A stretch of DNA of 64,000 nucleotides from Bacteroides fragilis (GCA_963630775.1 CAVGNU010000003.1:19190-83189), one strand, 5' to 3'; counted from the first letter of the stretch, positions 43,888 to 54,331 are shown. Notes: generated by a model not told the origin, from the letters alone. Program-made: numbers and translations.

Positions 43888-45720
43888 ATGAATATTCGCA
43901 ATATTGCAATCATTGCACACGTTGACCACGGCAAAACGACCTTGGTTGATAATATGTTGAAACAGGCCGGCACATTCCGCGCCAATGAAAAGGTTGAAGA
44001 TCGCGTTATGGACAGTGGCGATATCGAACGCGAACGCGGCATTACCATTTCGGCAAAACCAACCTCTATTTTGTGGCACGATTATAAAATCAATATCGTG
44101 GACACCCCAGGGCACGCGGACTTTGGGGGCGAGGTTGAACGTATTTTATCCATGGTTGATGGCGTTGTATTGCTGGTCGATGCGGCCGAAGGGCCCCTGC
44201 CCCAGACCAAGTTTGTATTGTCCAAGGCATTGAAACTGGGCCTGCGTCCAATCGTTTGCATCAACAAGGTTGACCGTTCCGATGCACGTCCCGATGAAGT
44301 ATTGAGCGAAACATTCGATCTGTTTGATAAATTGGGCGCAACCGATGAACAGTTGGATTTTCCATACCTGTACGCGGTGGGCCGCGATGGTTGGGCGGTG
44401 CGCGATTTGAATGACGAGCACAAAGATTTAACCCCACTGTTTGAACTGATTGTTGACCATGTGCCGGCCCCCGATTGCAATGGCACCCGTTGCCAGTTGG
44501 ACGCGCCATTTTCTATGTTGGCTACAACACTAGAGGCAGACCCGTATGTTGGTCGTATTTTAACCGGTAAAATTGAATCTGGCACGGTTCACGTTGGTCA
44601 ATCGGTCAAGGCAATCAATATGCAAGGCGAATTTGTTGAAAACGCCAAGATTACAAAAATCATTGAACATCGCGGTGTCGAGAAAATTTCACGCGACAGT
44701 GCATCTGCGGGCGACATTGTCGTTGTTGCCGGATTTTCCAAGGCAACCGTGGCGGACACCCTGTGCGACCCATCGGTTACCGAACCAATTCCTGCAATGC
44801 CAATTGACCCACCAACCCTGACCATGACATTCTTTGTAAACACATCGCCATTGGCGGGCAAATCGGGCAAGAAATTGACATCGCGTATGATTGGCGAACG
44901 CCTGTTCAAAGAAGCCGAAACCAATATCGCGTTAAAGGTCACACAAAGTGCGAATAATGAAGCGTTTGAGGTTTCTGGTCGTGGTGAATTGCAACTGGGT
45001 ATTCTGATTGAAACAATGCGCCGCGAAGGATTTGAACTGTCCGTGTCGCGCCCACGCGTTGTTATGCACGAAGATGAAGGCGGCGAAAAACTGGAACCAA
45101 TCGAAGAAGTCGTTATTGATGTAGATGACGAATTCTCGGGCGTTGTTATTGAAAAGATGACAAAGCGCAAGGCAACAATCACAGAAATGAAGGCGTCTGG
45201 TGCGGGAAAAACACGTATCGTATTTTCTGCGCCATCGCGCGGGCTGATTGGTTACCTGTCGGAATTTCGTACCGATACGCGCGGTACTGGTATTATGAAC
45301 CGCGTGTTTGATAAATATGGCCCGTATCGTGGTCCGATTATGCAGTATCGCCCAGGCGTGTTGGTTTCCATGGAAAATGGTGTCACTGCGACATATGCAT
45401 TGTTTAATTTGCAACCACGCGGGACATTGTTTGTTGGCCCCCAGACCGAGGTTTATTCTGGTATGATTATCGGCGAACACAGCAAGGAAAATGACTTAGA
45501 AGTAAATCCAGTAAAGGGCAAAGAATTGACCAATATGCGTAGCGTGACGGCCGATGAAAAATTGTTCTTGGCACCACCGCGCAAGATTTCACTGGAAGAG
45601 GCCCTGTCCTATATTCAGGACGACGAATTGGTAGAGATTACCCCCGCAACCATTCGCCTGCGCAAGAAAGAATTGGACAGCAACACCCGCAAAAAAACAC
45701 GTAAAAATGTTGAGATATAA
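43888..45720 (+). CDS. typA: Translational GTPase TypA/BipA
   Basis: 610 aa with G1 AIIAHVDHGKTTLVD, DTPGHADFGGEV and NKVDR. Confidence 0.95.
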   Translation: MNIRNIAIIAHVDHGKTTLVDNMLKQAGTFRANEKVEDRVMDSGDIERERGITISAKPTSILWHDYKINIVDTPGHADFGGEVERILSMVDGVVLLVDAAEGPLPQTKFVLSKALKLGLRPIVCINKVDRSDARPDEVLSETFDLFDKLGATDEQLDFPYLYAVGRDGWAVRDLNDEHKDLTPLFELIVDHVPAPDCNGTRCQLDAPFSMLATTLEADPYVGRILTGKIESGTVHVGQSVKAINMQGEFVENAKITKIIEHRGVEKISRDSASAGDIVVVAGFSKATVADTLCDPSVTEPIPAMPIDPPTLTMTFFVNTSPLAGKSGKKLTSRMIGERLFKEAETNIALKVTQSANNEAFEVSGRGELQLGILIETMRREGFELSVSRPRVVMHEDEGGEKLEPIEEVVIDVDDEFSGVVIEKMTKRKATITEMKASGAGKTRIVFSAPSRGLIGYLSEFRTDTRGTGIMNRVFDKYGPYRGPIMQYRPGVLVSMENGVTATYALFNLQPRGTLFVGPQTEVYSGMIIGEHSKENDLEVNPVKGKELTNMRSVTADEKLFLAPPRKISLEEALSYIQDDELVEITPATIRLRKKELDSNTRKKTRKNVEI

Positions 45721-45725
45721 TACAC

Positions 45726-45755
45726 AACTGCGCCCATAACAGGACGCAGTTTTTA
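45726..45755 (+). terminator. Rho-independent terminator of typA
   Basis: AACTGCG-CCCATAACAGGA-CGCAGTT-TTTAATT. Confidence 0.6.
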
Positions 45756-45812
45756 ATTGAATAATATTCTTTATCCTTTTAATATGTATTTATAAATACT
45801 CAAAGGAATCTT

Positions 45813-46736
45813 ATGTCATTGCCAACAATATCAAAAACCAGAAAATTTATATCTACAGCGTTGACATGGTGGATACCAATCAAATCATACCGACGTGCAT
45901 TTCGTGGTATATTACAACTGGGCGTCATGAATTATTTTCGTGTATTGCGAACTGACCGTAATACCACGTTTCCTGTTGAATTGGCCGTTGGTGCCATAAT
46001 GAAAGACGAAGGGCCATATTTGAAAGAATGGCTGGATTTCCATATTTTAGTTGGTGTCGGAAAATTCTATTTGTATGACAATGGTTCAACCGACAATACA
46101 GCCGATATTTTGAAACCATATATTGACCAAGGTATCGTTGAATACCATTATTTCCCAGGCCCCCGCATGCAGGCCCCCGCATATGTTGAGATACTGAACA
46201 ATCACGCCAATGATTCACGATGGCTGGCACTGATTGATTTGGACGAATTTCTTGTTCCCGTGAACCATAAAACCATACCGGAATTTTTGCACACAATGCC
46301 ACAAAATTTTGCCCAGTTGGTTGTGACATGGGTAATGTACGGATCGTCTGGACACATTGAAAAACCAGATGGATTGGTAATGGAAAATTACAAGTATCAC
46401 GCCGCCCGCCAAAGCGGAATTAAATCTATTATAAATCCACGTTTGTTCTTGAAATTGCACAGTTTACACGCCAATTTGGTTGGTGGTTTTACGATTGATA
46501 ACAACGGCAAAAAACTTGGTCGCATTGATCAAACCAACAATCCCCCCCCCTACAACCAATTACGTTGCAATCACTATTACACCAAATCTTTCAACGAATA
46601 TATGACAAAATTCAACCGTGGCACAGCCACGGGACAGAGCAATGCTTATCGTGGCCCAGACAAATTTCATCAATACGATTTGAACGATGTATATGATGAT
46701 ATTATGGACAAATATATAGAGCAGTTAAAAAAATAA
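45813..46736 (+). CDS. Glycosyltransferase, GT92/DUF23-like
   Basis: AIMKDEGPYLKEWLDFHILVGVGKFYLYDNGSTDNT followed by IDLDEF (DxD-like). This pattern is typical of the GT92 / Glyco_tranf_2_4-type family. Confidence 0.65.
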   Translation: MSLPTISKTRKFISTALTWWIPIKSYRRAFRGILQLGVMNYFRVLRTDRNTTFPVELAVGAIMKDEGPYLKEWLDFHILVGVGKFYLYDNGSTDNTADILKPYIDQGIVEYHYFPGPRMQAPAYVEILNNHANDSRWLALIDLDEFLVPVNHKTIPEFLHTMPQNFAQLVVTWVMYGSSGHIEKPDGLVMENYKYHAARQSGIKSIINPRLFLKLHSLHANLVGGFTIDNNGKKLGRIDQTNNPPPYNQLRCNHYYTKSFNEYMTKFNRGTATGQSNAYRGPDKFHQYDLNDVYDDIMDKYIEQLKK

Positions 46737-47581
46737 TGTCAAAACGTCTGTTTCTTTTGGCGGGTTATAATGCCCATGGTTTAATTGATGAATCACTGAT
46801 GTTTTATATTCAGGCATTGTCAAAATGCGGCGATGTCGTGCTGTGCATGGATTCTGATTGCAGTGATACCGAATTACAAAAATTGACCCCGTATGTTCTG
46901 CACTCGGTCGCGCAACGCCACGGTGAATACGATTTCGGTTCGTATAAACGTGCATATACGTATGCGACGGACGCCGACATTTTGAAAAATTACGAATTTG
47001 TGTATATGGTAAATGATTCTGTATATGGCCCACTGATGGATATTGAACCATCGCTGCGCCGTATGGAGGCATTAAATCGCGACACATTTGGTCTGGTGTA
47101 TAACGGGACATCATCGCGCCCACATATTCAATCGTGGTTTATCGGTATGCGCAAAAATGTATTCTTGTCACCATGGTACGATGAATTTATGCGCGCTATT
47201 ACGCGCCAAAATGACAAGGGTGCAATCACATACCTGTACGAACAGGGTTTCACCGAAATGCTGCGTGCGCACCACGTAAAATTTGCATGTTTGTATAATT
47301 GCCCTGGGCGCAGCGTATATAACAATGTTGCCGCCCTGTTCCGTCGCGGTATGCCATTTATGAAAAAGGTTGCCTTTACCCGCGCAGATGGTGCATTGGG
47401 AAATCGCATTTTGTATATCTTGCGTCACGCGTCGCCCGCGGTGCGCGATATGATTTTGGCATCGGCACGCCGCACATGGGGCGACGAATATATCAAATGG
47501 TTGTTGACACGCAATCCAATGAAAATCGCATATCGTCATATCAAACACGCTTTGCGCAAGATATTTATAGAGGGTCTGTAA
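46736..47581 (+). CDS. RgpF-like (rhamnan synthesis protein F family) polysaccharide biosynthesis protein
   Basis: Pattern HG.IDES..FYIQALSKCGDVV...RHGEYDFGSYK...MVNDSVYGPL...HIQSWF...YEQGFT matches my memory of the RgpF family consensus (..ReN.GyDFgsWk..NDSvyGP..HlQSYF..YEiG). Coupled to flanking genes (TAATG). Confidence 0.55.
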   Translation: MSKRLFLLAGYNAHGLIDESLMFYIQALSKCGDVVLCMDSDCSDTELQKLTPYVLHSVAQRHGEYDFGSYKRAYTYATDADILKNYEFVYMVNDSVYGPLMDIEPSLRRMEALNRDTFGLVYNGTSSRPHIQSWFIGMRKNVFLSPWYDEFMRAITRQNDKGAITYLYEQGFTEMLRAHHVKFACLYNCPGRSVYNNVAALFRRGMPFMKKVAFTRADGALGNRILYILRHASPAVRDMILASARRTWGDEYIKWLLTRNPMKIAYRHIKHALRKIFIEGL

Positions 47582-48433
47582 ATGCAAACAACACAACCGC
47601 AAAAAACAAGCATTCGTATTGCCGCCGTGACAATGGCGCGTAATGATGAATTTTTCCTGAACCGCTGGATTAAATATTACGGCGGACAAATCGGGTCTGA
47701 AAACCTGTATATCTATCTGGACGGATTGGATCAAAAAATTCCATCGGGCCATGCGAACGCCAACATAAAAAAATTACCGCATCGAGACGAAGAACGCCAA
47801 CGCGGGGACAAGACGCGCATATTGCTGTTATCTGATTTGGCGAAAAAATTATTCGCCGATGGCTACGACATTGTTATTGGTTGCGATTGCGATGAATTTC
47901 TGGTTGTTGACCCAGATACCGGTATGTCATTGGCCGAATATTTATCCAAAATAAAAAATCGCACAACGGTGTCTGGTCTGGGACTGGACGTCGGAATGGA
48001 TTTAGAATCTGAACACGCATTGGACACGCGCGCACCATTTTTAACCCAGCGCAAATACGCCGTTCTGTCCACACGCTATACCAAACCGGTGGTTTTGTTC
48101 CGCCCCCGCACATGGGGCAGCGGTTTCCACAGTGTCAAGGGCACAAATTTCCACATTGATAAAAACCTGTACCTGTTGCATTTCGGTGGCGTGGATTTAG
48201 ACATGATAAAAAATAAAATCGGCGACCGCACTGCATCATGGGGTGCGCACCTGAAAAAGCGCGCGCGCACGATTGACATTATCACGCACGCAAAAAACAA
48301 GAATCATTCAATGCGCGCGGCACGCATATTGCAGACATTCCTGCGCCCAATTTATGATTTGAACAAGCCCGCAATGCTGGGCCTGAAATGGGTTGCAACA
48401 ATCCCCGCACGTTTTGCAAAAACAGGAATATAA
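47582..48433 (+). CDS. Glycosyltransferase-like protein (GT2/GT92-like N-terminal pattern)
   Basis: IAAVTMARNDEFFLNRWIKYYGGQIGSENLYIYLDGLDQ and DCDEFLV (DxD). Third gene of a coupled + strand trio. Confidence 0.55.
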   Translation: MQTTQPQKTSIRIAAVTMARNDEFFLNRWIKYYGGQIGSENLYIYLDGLDQKIPSGHANANIKKLPHRDEERQRGDKTRILLLSDLAKKLFADGYDIVIGCDCDEFLVVDPDTGMSLAEYLSKIKNRTTVSGLGLDVGMDLESEHALDTRAPFLTQRKYAVLSTRYTKPVVLFRPRTWGSGFHSVKGTNFHIDKNLYLLHFGGVDLDMIKNKIGDRTASWGAHLKKRARTIDIITHAKNKNHSMRAARILQTFLRPIYDLNKPAMLGLKWVATIPARFAKTGI

Positions 48434-48450
48434 CACAAACGGGGCGAGTG

Positions 48451-48718
48451 TTAGAGAGCAAAGCGCAGAGAGCAGAGAGCAATGAATGTGTCCGCCAATG
48501 GCGGACAATTTTTATTTTCTGGATTGCTTCACTGCGTTTGCAATGAAACCGAGCGGTACGCGAAGGTTGCGGCAAGGACGTAAGTCCGCAGGCGACACAT
48601 GCACAAAACAACGTCATTGCGAGCGAGCGAGCGCAAGCGACGCGCGGCAATCCAGTTTATTTTATGTTGCGCGCAGCGCACAAACATTGCTCTCTGCTCT
48701 CTGCGCTTTGCTCTCTAA
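48451..48718. mobile_element. Nested palindromic MITE-like element with perfect 34-bp terminal inverted repeats
   Basis: Left TIR TTAGAGAGCAAAGCGCAGAGAGCAGAGAGCAATG (48451-48484) is the exact reverse complement of 48685-48718. Inside are the terminator hairpin GTCCGCC-AAT-GGCGGAC-AATTTTT (48490-48516) and a second inverted pair CTGGATTGC (48519-27) / GCAATCCAG (48647-55), with GCAATGA / TCATTGC nested within. No transposase. Confidence 0.7.
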
Positions 48719-48743
48719 ATAAAAATGCGCCGATGGCACATTT

Positions 48744-49895
48744 TTATTTTATCACTTTCATTATCTGTTCTGTGATTTTGGTGGCATCAAAACGCGACAG
48801 ATTTTCTGTGGCGACCGCTATCATTTTTTCTGTGTCCGCGCGTCGCGTCCATGCGTCCATCATACGCAATGCCAAATCCGTTGCGTCACCGGCGACAAAC
48901 AATAACCCTGCCCGTCCGTCCATCAGAATCTCGCGCGGGCCATTACGACAATCCGACGCAATATTCAATGTACTGACGGCCGCGGCCTCTATCAACACGG
49001 TGGGCAAACCTTCGGAATAACTGGACAATATATTTGCGCGGGCATGTGCCATATACCCAAACGGATTTGCGGCACGTCCCACAAATTCAATCTGGCGCGA
49101 TGCCGGCAATGTACGCGCAATCTGTTCATATTCAGCGCGCATATCGCCATCGCCAACAAACACCATTTTAATATTTGGCCGTCCCGCGTTTTGCCAGAAC
49201 ATATCAAACCCACGCAGCACCGTTTCAATATCTTTGTCACGTGTCAGCCGCGACACGCAAACGAAATAATCCCCGCGAATAAATTTACCCGCGGTCGCCA
49301 ATTCGCGCGCACGCGCAATATCAATCGGATTATAAATCTGAATAATCTTGTCAGAATATTCTGGATACTTTACGCGCAGTTCTGTTGCCGCGTCACGGGT
49401 CAGCATTACCAATTTATCATACATCGGCATATACCGCATGCGGCCACCCGCATACAGCGCATCAATCGATGAATGCCACCATGTGATTTTCTTGCCCTGA
49501 AACTTTTTGAACTCGCGTGCGAATGAAAAATTATAGTAATCAATAAACACATCAACGTCATCAAAACGATGCGATGACATCATCATATATTTACCAAATC
49601 GGTATATATCACGCGCCACGTGTTTTATAATTCGCCACAGGAAAAAGTGTGGCATCTGCGTTCCCAAAAACCGGCATGGGTACAATGCGGTCAATTTTAC
49701 ATCAGGGTGCGCCGCAAACCAATCGCGATATTGTGGAACGCTGATATTCGTGTATGTTATCACACGAATGTCCACGTCCCCGTGCGCCAACAGCGCGGCA
49801 ATCGTCTGAATCACCACGGATTCGACGCCACCCACCTGCATATCACGCAGACATATCGCGATTGTTTTACGTTTCATTTTATGCAACACCCACAT
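48744..49895 (-). CDS. Glycosyltransferase family 4 (GT-B, GT1/GT4 type)
   Basis: 383 aa with the C-terminal E-x7-E region SSYSEGLPTVLIEAAA and an N-terminal GGVE motif. Confidence 0.85.
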   Translation of the reverse strand: MWVLHKMKRKTIAICLRDMQVGGVESVVIQTIAALLAHGDVDIRVITYTNISVPQYRDWFAAHPDVKLTALYPCRFLGTQMPHFFLWRIIKHVARDIYRFGKYMMMSSHRFDDVDVFIDYYNFSFAREFKKFQGKKITWWHSSIDALYAGGRMRYMPMYDKLVMLTRDAATELRVKYPEYSDKIIQIYNPIDIARARELATAGKFIRGDYFVCVSRLTRDKDIETVLRGFDMFWQNAGRPNIKMVFVGDGDMRAEYEQIARTLPASRQIEFVGRAANPFGYMAHARANILSSYSEGLPTVLIEAAAVSTLNIASDCRNGPREILMDGRAGLLFVAGDATDLALRMMDAWTRRADTEKMIAVATENLSRFDATKITEQIMKVIK

Positions 49896-50905
49896 TTAAT
49901 AAATTCTGCAATTCCGCATCTGATTTTGCGTGCCCACCCGTATGGCGGCGTGTCCAGCGCACCGCAATTTTTCAAATTTGAAAAACATTTCTGTGCCAAC
50001 GCAACATCATCCGCATTGTCCAGATATTTAATCTTGCGATATGCCCACTTGATAAAGTACCAGCGGAAGCGTCGTGACCACGCGTCCATTTGATATGGGG
50101 TCGCCTGCTCTTTATACAACTTGTACGATGTTTCGATTCCGGTGCATAAACTCTGCATTATACGCAGTTGTTTCGCAGACAAAACAATTCCGCCAAAATT
50201 CGGCACATAGAAATACAGCGGCAACGGTGCAATCGTCACAACCGGATTTTTCAGCATAATCGCCGACCACCACGGGAAATCTTCGAACAAAATCCCCTTG
50301 ATAAACGGTGTGTCCGCAATCAAACTGCGACGATACAGATTCTTCCACACCTGACAGTGTTTAATCAGCCATTTGCGACGCGGGTTAAATGCATTATGCG
50401 CGCGTTCCGTTGCATATTTATATACATCATCGGTCAACAATGTTTTAATGCGCGTCACATCATACTTTTTGTGCATGCGATACGGCACAACAGAATCCGT
50501 ATCCATATGCAACACATGCCGCACCATCAGTTGCGGGCGATAAATTCTGTCATACGTGAACGACACAATATCAGAATTATCACGCATCGCCAGATAGTGC
50601 GTAATTTCCATCGTCTGGGGGTGAATAAAATCGTCACTGTCCAGATACAAAACATAATCACCCGTTGCCACCGCCATACCGGCATTACGCGCATCAGACA
50701 GGCCACCATTTGGTTTATTCACAATTTTGAATCGCGCATCACGGGCGGCATATTCAGACAAAATATCGGCAGATCCATCTGGACTGCCGTCATTGACACA
50801 AATCGCCTCCCAATCAGAAAAAGTTTGGTTTAATACACTGTCCAAACATCTGCGCAAATACTTTTCCACATTGTATATCGGTATTATCACAGAAATTGCA
50901 GGCAT
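49874..50905 (-). CDS. Glycosyltransferase family 2
   Basis: I prefer the Met at 50905 (MPAISVIIPIYNVEKYLRRCLDSVLNQTFSDWEAICVNDGSPDGS). DxD motif LDSDDF. Confidence 0.88.
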   Translation of the reverse strand: MPAISVIIPIYNVEKYLRRCLDSVLNQTFSDWEAICVNDGSPDGSADILSEYAARDARFKIVNKPNGGLSDARNAGMAVATGDYVLYLDSDDFIHPQTMEITHYLAMRDNSDIVSFTYDRIYRPQLMVRHVLHMDTDSVVPYRMHKKYDVTRIKTLLTDDVYKYATERAHNAFNPRRKWLIKHCQVWKNLYRRSLIADTPFIKGILFEDFPWWSAIMLKNPVVTIAPLPLYFYVPNFGGIVLSAKQLRIMQSLCTGIETSYKLYKEQATPYQMDAWSRRFRWYFIKWAYRKIKYLDNADDVALAQKCFSNLKNCGALDTPPYGWARKIRCGIAEFIKCGCCIK

Positions 50906-50922
50906 GTGTTTCCCTCCTGTTC

Positions 50923-51849
50923 TTATTTTTTGGTTTTCGTTTTGTACATGTGATTTATCATCTCGTCCGCGATGCTGCCTGGGATTGGGTTTTTCGCCCA
51001 CGGGCTGTTATACGTTGTTTTCTGAAAGAATGCACCCGACGTATATTCTTTGAACAACTTCTTGGTATATGGTTCATTCGCGACCGACCACCATAGTGCA
51101 TGCGTTGGGGCCTGATCAATATGTGGCATCATATCAAAATACTTTTTAGCAACAGGGTCGTGTTCAACCAATGATTTGAACATCAACTGGTGCATAAAAT
51201 AATCAAACTCGCGGGGTTCCGCCGTCCAGAAATTCAGAATCATCTGACGCCACGCCGCCAACAAATAAGACCCCTTGCGTGCACGAATGAAACAGTTCTG
51301 AATAAAACTGTACGCACTGCCAACCATATTGCCCGCCATATAGACAAAGAAGTCCTGATTTATAATTTCGTCTGGAATTGGCGCGGTTGCAAATCCGGTT
51401 GAATCCAACCAAATGCCACCATGTTCATACAACAATTCAACACGACAAATGTCGGCAAAATGCGCATGCTTTATCTGGCCCGCCTTGCGCTTTGCAACAA
51501 TTTCTGGGGGCAACGTGATATAGTCCCAAATGGTGTTTTCATCCAAGACAACCAATTCCTGTTTGCAATTTGCACGAATACTGCGGAAACATGCTTTGAC
51601 CAATGGTGGTGCCTTGTCTTCGCCCTGTAACCACAGTGTCCAAATCTTTTCACGTTTGTCGTTATGGGTGGGACGAACCTCTGGCACAGTGCCGGCGGTC
51701 GGCACATAACGCGCCATATACCGCGGAATTGCGGTTGCCGCAACATTACATCTATGTTCACGACGCTTGTCACGTGGCCACCACAATGGGTTCAAGATAT
51801 GCGCGCGCAACACAATGTCCGCCAACGCAAATGTTCTGGATAGTTTCAT
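50923..51849 (-). CDS. Capsular polysaccharide synthesis-type glycosyltransferase (Caps_synth / Gly_transf_sug-like)
   Basis: I prefer the Met at 51849 (MKLSRTF..), which avoids overlap with recA. Motifs IWTLWLQGEDKAPPLVKAC and HFADICRVELLYEHGGIWLDST. Confidence 0.7.
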   Translation of the reverse strand: MKLSRTFALADIVLRAHILNPLWWPRDKRREHRCNVAATAIPRYMARYVPTAGTVPEVRPTHNDKREKIWTLWLQGEDKAPPLVKACFRSIRANCKQELVVLDENTIWDYITLPPEIVAKRKAGQIKHAHFADICRVELLYEHGGIWLDSTGFATAPIPDEIINQDFFVYMAGNMVGSAYSFIQNCFIRARKGSYLLAAWRQMILNFWTAEPREFDYFMHQLMFKSLVEHDPVAKKYFDMMPHIDQAPTHALWWSVANEPYTKKLFKEYTSGAFFQKTTYNSPWAKNPIPGSIADEMINHMYKTKTKK

Positions 51850-51868
51850 TCCACACCCCTGGTTTTTG

Positions 51869-52951
51869 TTATTCCATTGTTGGCAACGCATCATCGCCCG
51901 CGTCGTCATCAGCTGGGCCGATGGTCATTTCTTCGGCAATGCCCGATGCGCGCGCCATAATTTTATCCAACAATTCCTGCTGTACATCCGCGTGATCTTT
52001 CAGCCACTGGCGGGCATTTGCCTCGCCCTGGCCCATGCGTTCATTGTTGTATGAATAAAAACTGCCCGCTTTTTCAATCAGGTCATATTTCACACCCATG
52101 TCCAAGATTTCGCTGATGCGCGATATACCCTCGCCATACATGATTTTGAAATCAACCGTGCGAAATGGTGGTGCAACCTTGTTCTTTACAACCTTGACAC
52201 GGGTTTCGTTACCAATAACGTTTTCTTTGTCTTTAATCTGGCCGGTGCGACGAATGTCCAAACGTACAGACGCATAGAACTTTAACGCATTGCCACCCGA
52301 CGTCGTTTCCGGATTACCAAACATAACACCAATCTTCATACGAATCTGGTTGATGAAAATCAGCAACGTATTACTGCGCGATACCGAACCCGCCAGTTTT
52401 TTCAAACTCTGCGACATCAGGCGTGCGGTTGTACCAACGAAAGAATCGCCGATATTCCCTTCCAGTTCTGCCTTGGGCACCAAGGCCGCAACCGAGTCGA
52501 TTACAACCACGTCAACCGCCCCAGATTTAATCAATGTGTCGGCGATTTCCAATGCCTGTTCACCCGAATCTGGCTGCGATATAATCAGATTTGCAACATC
52601 AACCCCCAATTTTTTCGCATAGGACGGATCCAACGCATTTTCGGCATCAATGTATGCGCATGTGCCACCTTTCTTTTGCGCCTCGGCCACGGCGTGCAAT
52701 GCCAATGTTGTTTTACCAGAACTTTCTGGCCCATAAATTTCAACAATACGACCACGCGGATACCCACCGATACCCAGCGCAATATCCAATCCCAATGAAC
52801 CGGACGAAATCGCCTCTATATTCTGTTGTGAACCATCACCCATTTTCATGATGGCTTCTTTACCAAACTGTTTTTGAATTTGTGCCAACGCCGATTCCAA
52901 CGCAGGATTCTTTGCGGGTACGGCGGTGGTTGCTGCTTCTTTCTTTGCCAT
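51869..52951 (-). CDS. recA: Recombinase RecA
   Basis: Walker [13 protein letters not shown], plus [37 protein letters not shown]. Confidence 0.97.
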   Translation of the reverse strand: MAKKEAATTAVPAKNPALESALAQIQKQFGKEAIMKMGDGSQQNIEAISSGSLGLDIALGIGGYPRGRIVEIYGPESSGKTTLALHAVAEAQKKGGTCAYIDAENALDPSYAKKLGVDVANLIISQPDSGEQALEIADTLIKSGAVDVVVIDSVAALVPKAELEGNIGDSFVGTTARLMSQSLKKLAGSVSRSNTLLIFINQIRMKIGVMFGNPETTSGGNALKFYASVRLDIRRTGQIKDKENVIGNETRVKVVKNKVAPPFRTVDFKIMYGEGISRISEILDMGVKYDLIEKAGSFYSYNNERMGQGEANARQWLKDHADVQQELLDKIMARASGIAEEMTIGPADDDAGDDALPTME

Positions 52952-53040
52952 AAAATTTTCCCCTTTTCCTTATACAGAAATCATACACAGAATCACGTGC
53001 GCACGCAATGAAAATAATAGGAATAAAGCACGTACAAATT

Positions 53041-54225
53041 TTACTTTTTGGCAACCAAAATAATTGATGTCAGCACACCAATCACCGCCGTCACAACCCA
53101 TACCGCCGACGTCCCACCAAACAGGGTAATACACCCTGCCGCCAATACCGGCGCAACCACATTCGGCAAATTCACACTGGTACGGAACACGCCATAGAAA
53201 CGCGTCTGTTCGGCTTTTTGTGTATTATCAAAGAACAGCAAATCATGCACCGATTCCATCAATGCGCCCGAAATCTGCCATGCGACAAAGATAACCAACA
53301 ACGGATACCCTGTCACAAATGTTGCCAGCACCGACAGTCCCGCAAACGACAACAGTCCAGACAACAACCAAATCTTTTTACCAAACGCGCGCACCAGATG
53401 GGCCATCGCCTCTGACAAAATCAGATACGGAATAATCCCCAGTGTCAAAACCCACCCCAGCGCATCATTTGAAAATCCGTTTTCAATAACCACAATCGGC
53501 ACATACAGGTAACGCATCGCCCGCAATGCATAGTACCCAAAATTCACAATATACGCACGCAACATTCCGGGCTTTCTGAAAAATGCAACCGTATTACGCC
53601 ACAGCGCACGTGCCGTGCGACGCGGGCTGACGGGCTTTATCTGTTTATCTTGCTGAACAATACGGAAATACTTAAAGAATCCCCACCCCGCCAAATAAAT
53701 TACCGCCGATGCAAAGAACGCCGCACGATTACCCGCCACATCTGAAATTGCAACCGCAATCATTGGCGCAAACAACGCCCCGATATTCAGCCACAAATGA
53801 TACCGCGAATTTAATCGTGCCATACCAATCCCACGCGAAAAATCAGACATAAACAACGGAATTAACATTGTCACCAACGTTGTCGCAATACCAGTTGTAT
53901 AGTCCAATATGATAAACGTACTGGGACGAATAGAAAAACTCATCATCGCATAACACACCGCCAACATCAGCATCACAAAATAAAACACGCGCACCTTGGA
54001 AAACTGGCGAAACAGTTCATTGGCAAACAGCCCCACAATCATACAGAAGGCCGCATACAGACCAACATATAGCCCAACCACCGCGGACGAACGAAATATT
54101 TCCAACAATACCAACGAATATACGGCATTATAAATACCGTCTGCAAACCCTGTGAACAGCCCCAGATTTGCAAACGAAAAACCACTGACCGAACTTCTGA
54201 CTGATAAATACGTATCCTTTGCCAT
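53041..54225 (-). CDS. MFS-type transporter
   Basis: 394 aa with about 12 TM helices in a 6+6 arrangement and a central basic loop (PRRTARALWRN). Confidence 0.7.
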   Translation of the reverse strand: MAKDTYLSVRSSVSGFSFANLGLFTGFADGIYNAVYSLVLLEIFRSSAVVGLYVGLYAAFCMIVGLFANELFRQFSKVRVFYFVMLMLAVCYAMMSFSIRPSTFIILDYTTGIATTLVTMLIPLFMSDFSRGIGMARLNSRYHLWLNIGALFAPMIAVAISDVAGNRAAFFASAVIYLAGWGFFKYFRIVQQDKQIKPVSPRRTARALWRNTVAFFRKPGMLRAYIVNFGYYALRAMRYLYVPIVVIENGFSNDALGWVLTLGIIPYLILSEAMAHLVRAFGKKIWLLSGLLSFAGLSVLATFVTGYPLLVIFVAWQISGALMESVHDLLFFDNTQKAEQTRFYGVFRTSVNLPNVVAPVLAAGCITLFGGTSAVWVVTAVIGVLTSIILVAKK

Positions 54226-54273
54226 AGTGGATAAATTTTATCACAAAAACGTAAAAAAAGCAAAGTACGGCAC

Positions 54274-54306
54274 AAAAAATAAAAACGCCCCGTATGGGAC
54301 GTTTTG
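54274..54306 (-). terminator. Rho-independent terminator downstream of secB
   Basis: Minus strand reads AACGTCCC-ATAC-GGGGCGTT (one mismatch) followed by TTTATTTTTTG. Confidence 0.6.
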
Positions 54307-54331
54307 TTGGAACGAAAAAGAACCAAATAAA

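Noticed and set aside
48282-49020. ORFs 48282-48650(-), 48308-48508(-), 48486-48722(+) and 48664-49020(+), with repetitive ..SLLSALCAL.. and ..LDCFTAFAM.. translations.
   Set aside because: These are translations of the nested palindromic element. The mirrored peptides on both strands are the signature of an inverted repeat, not of genes.
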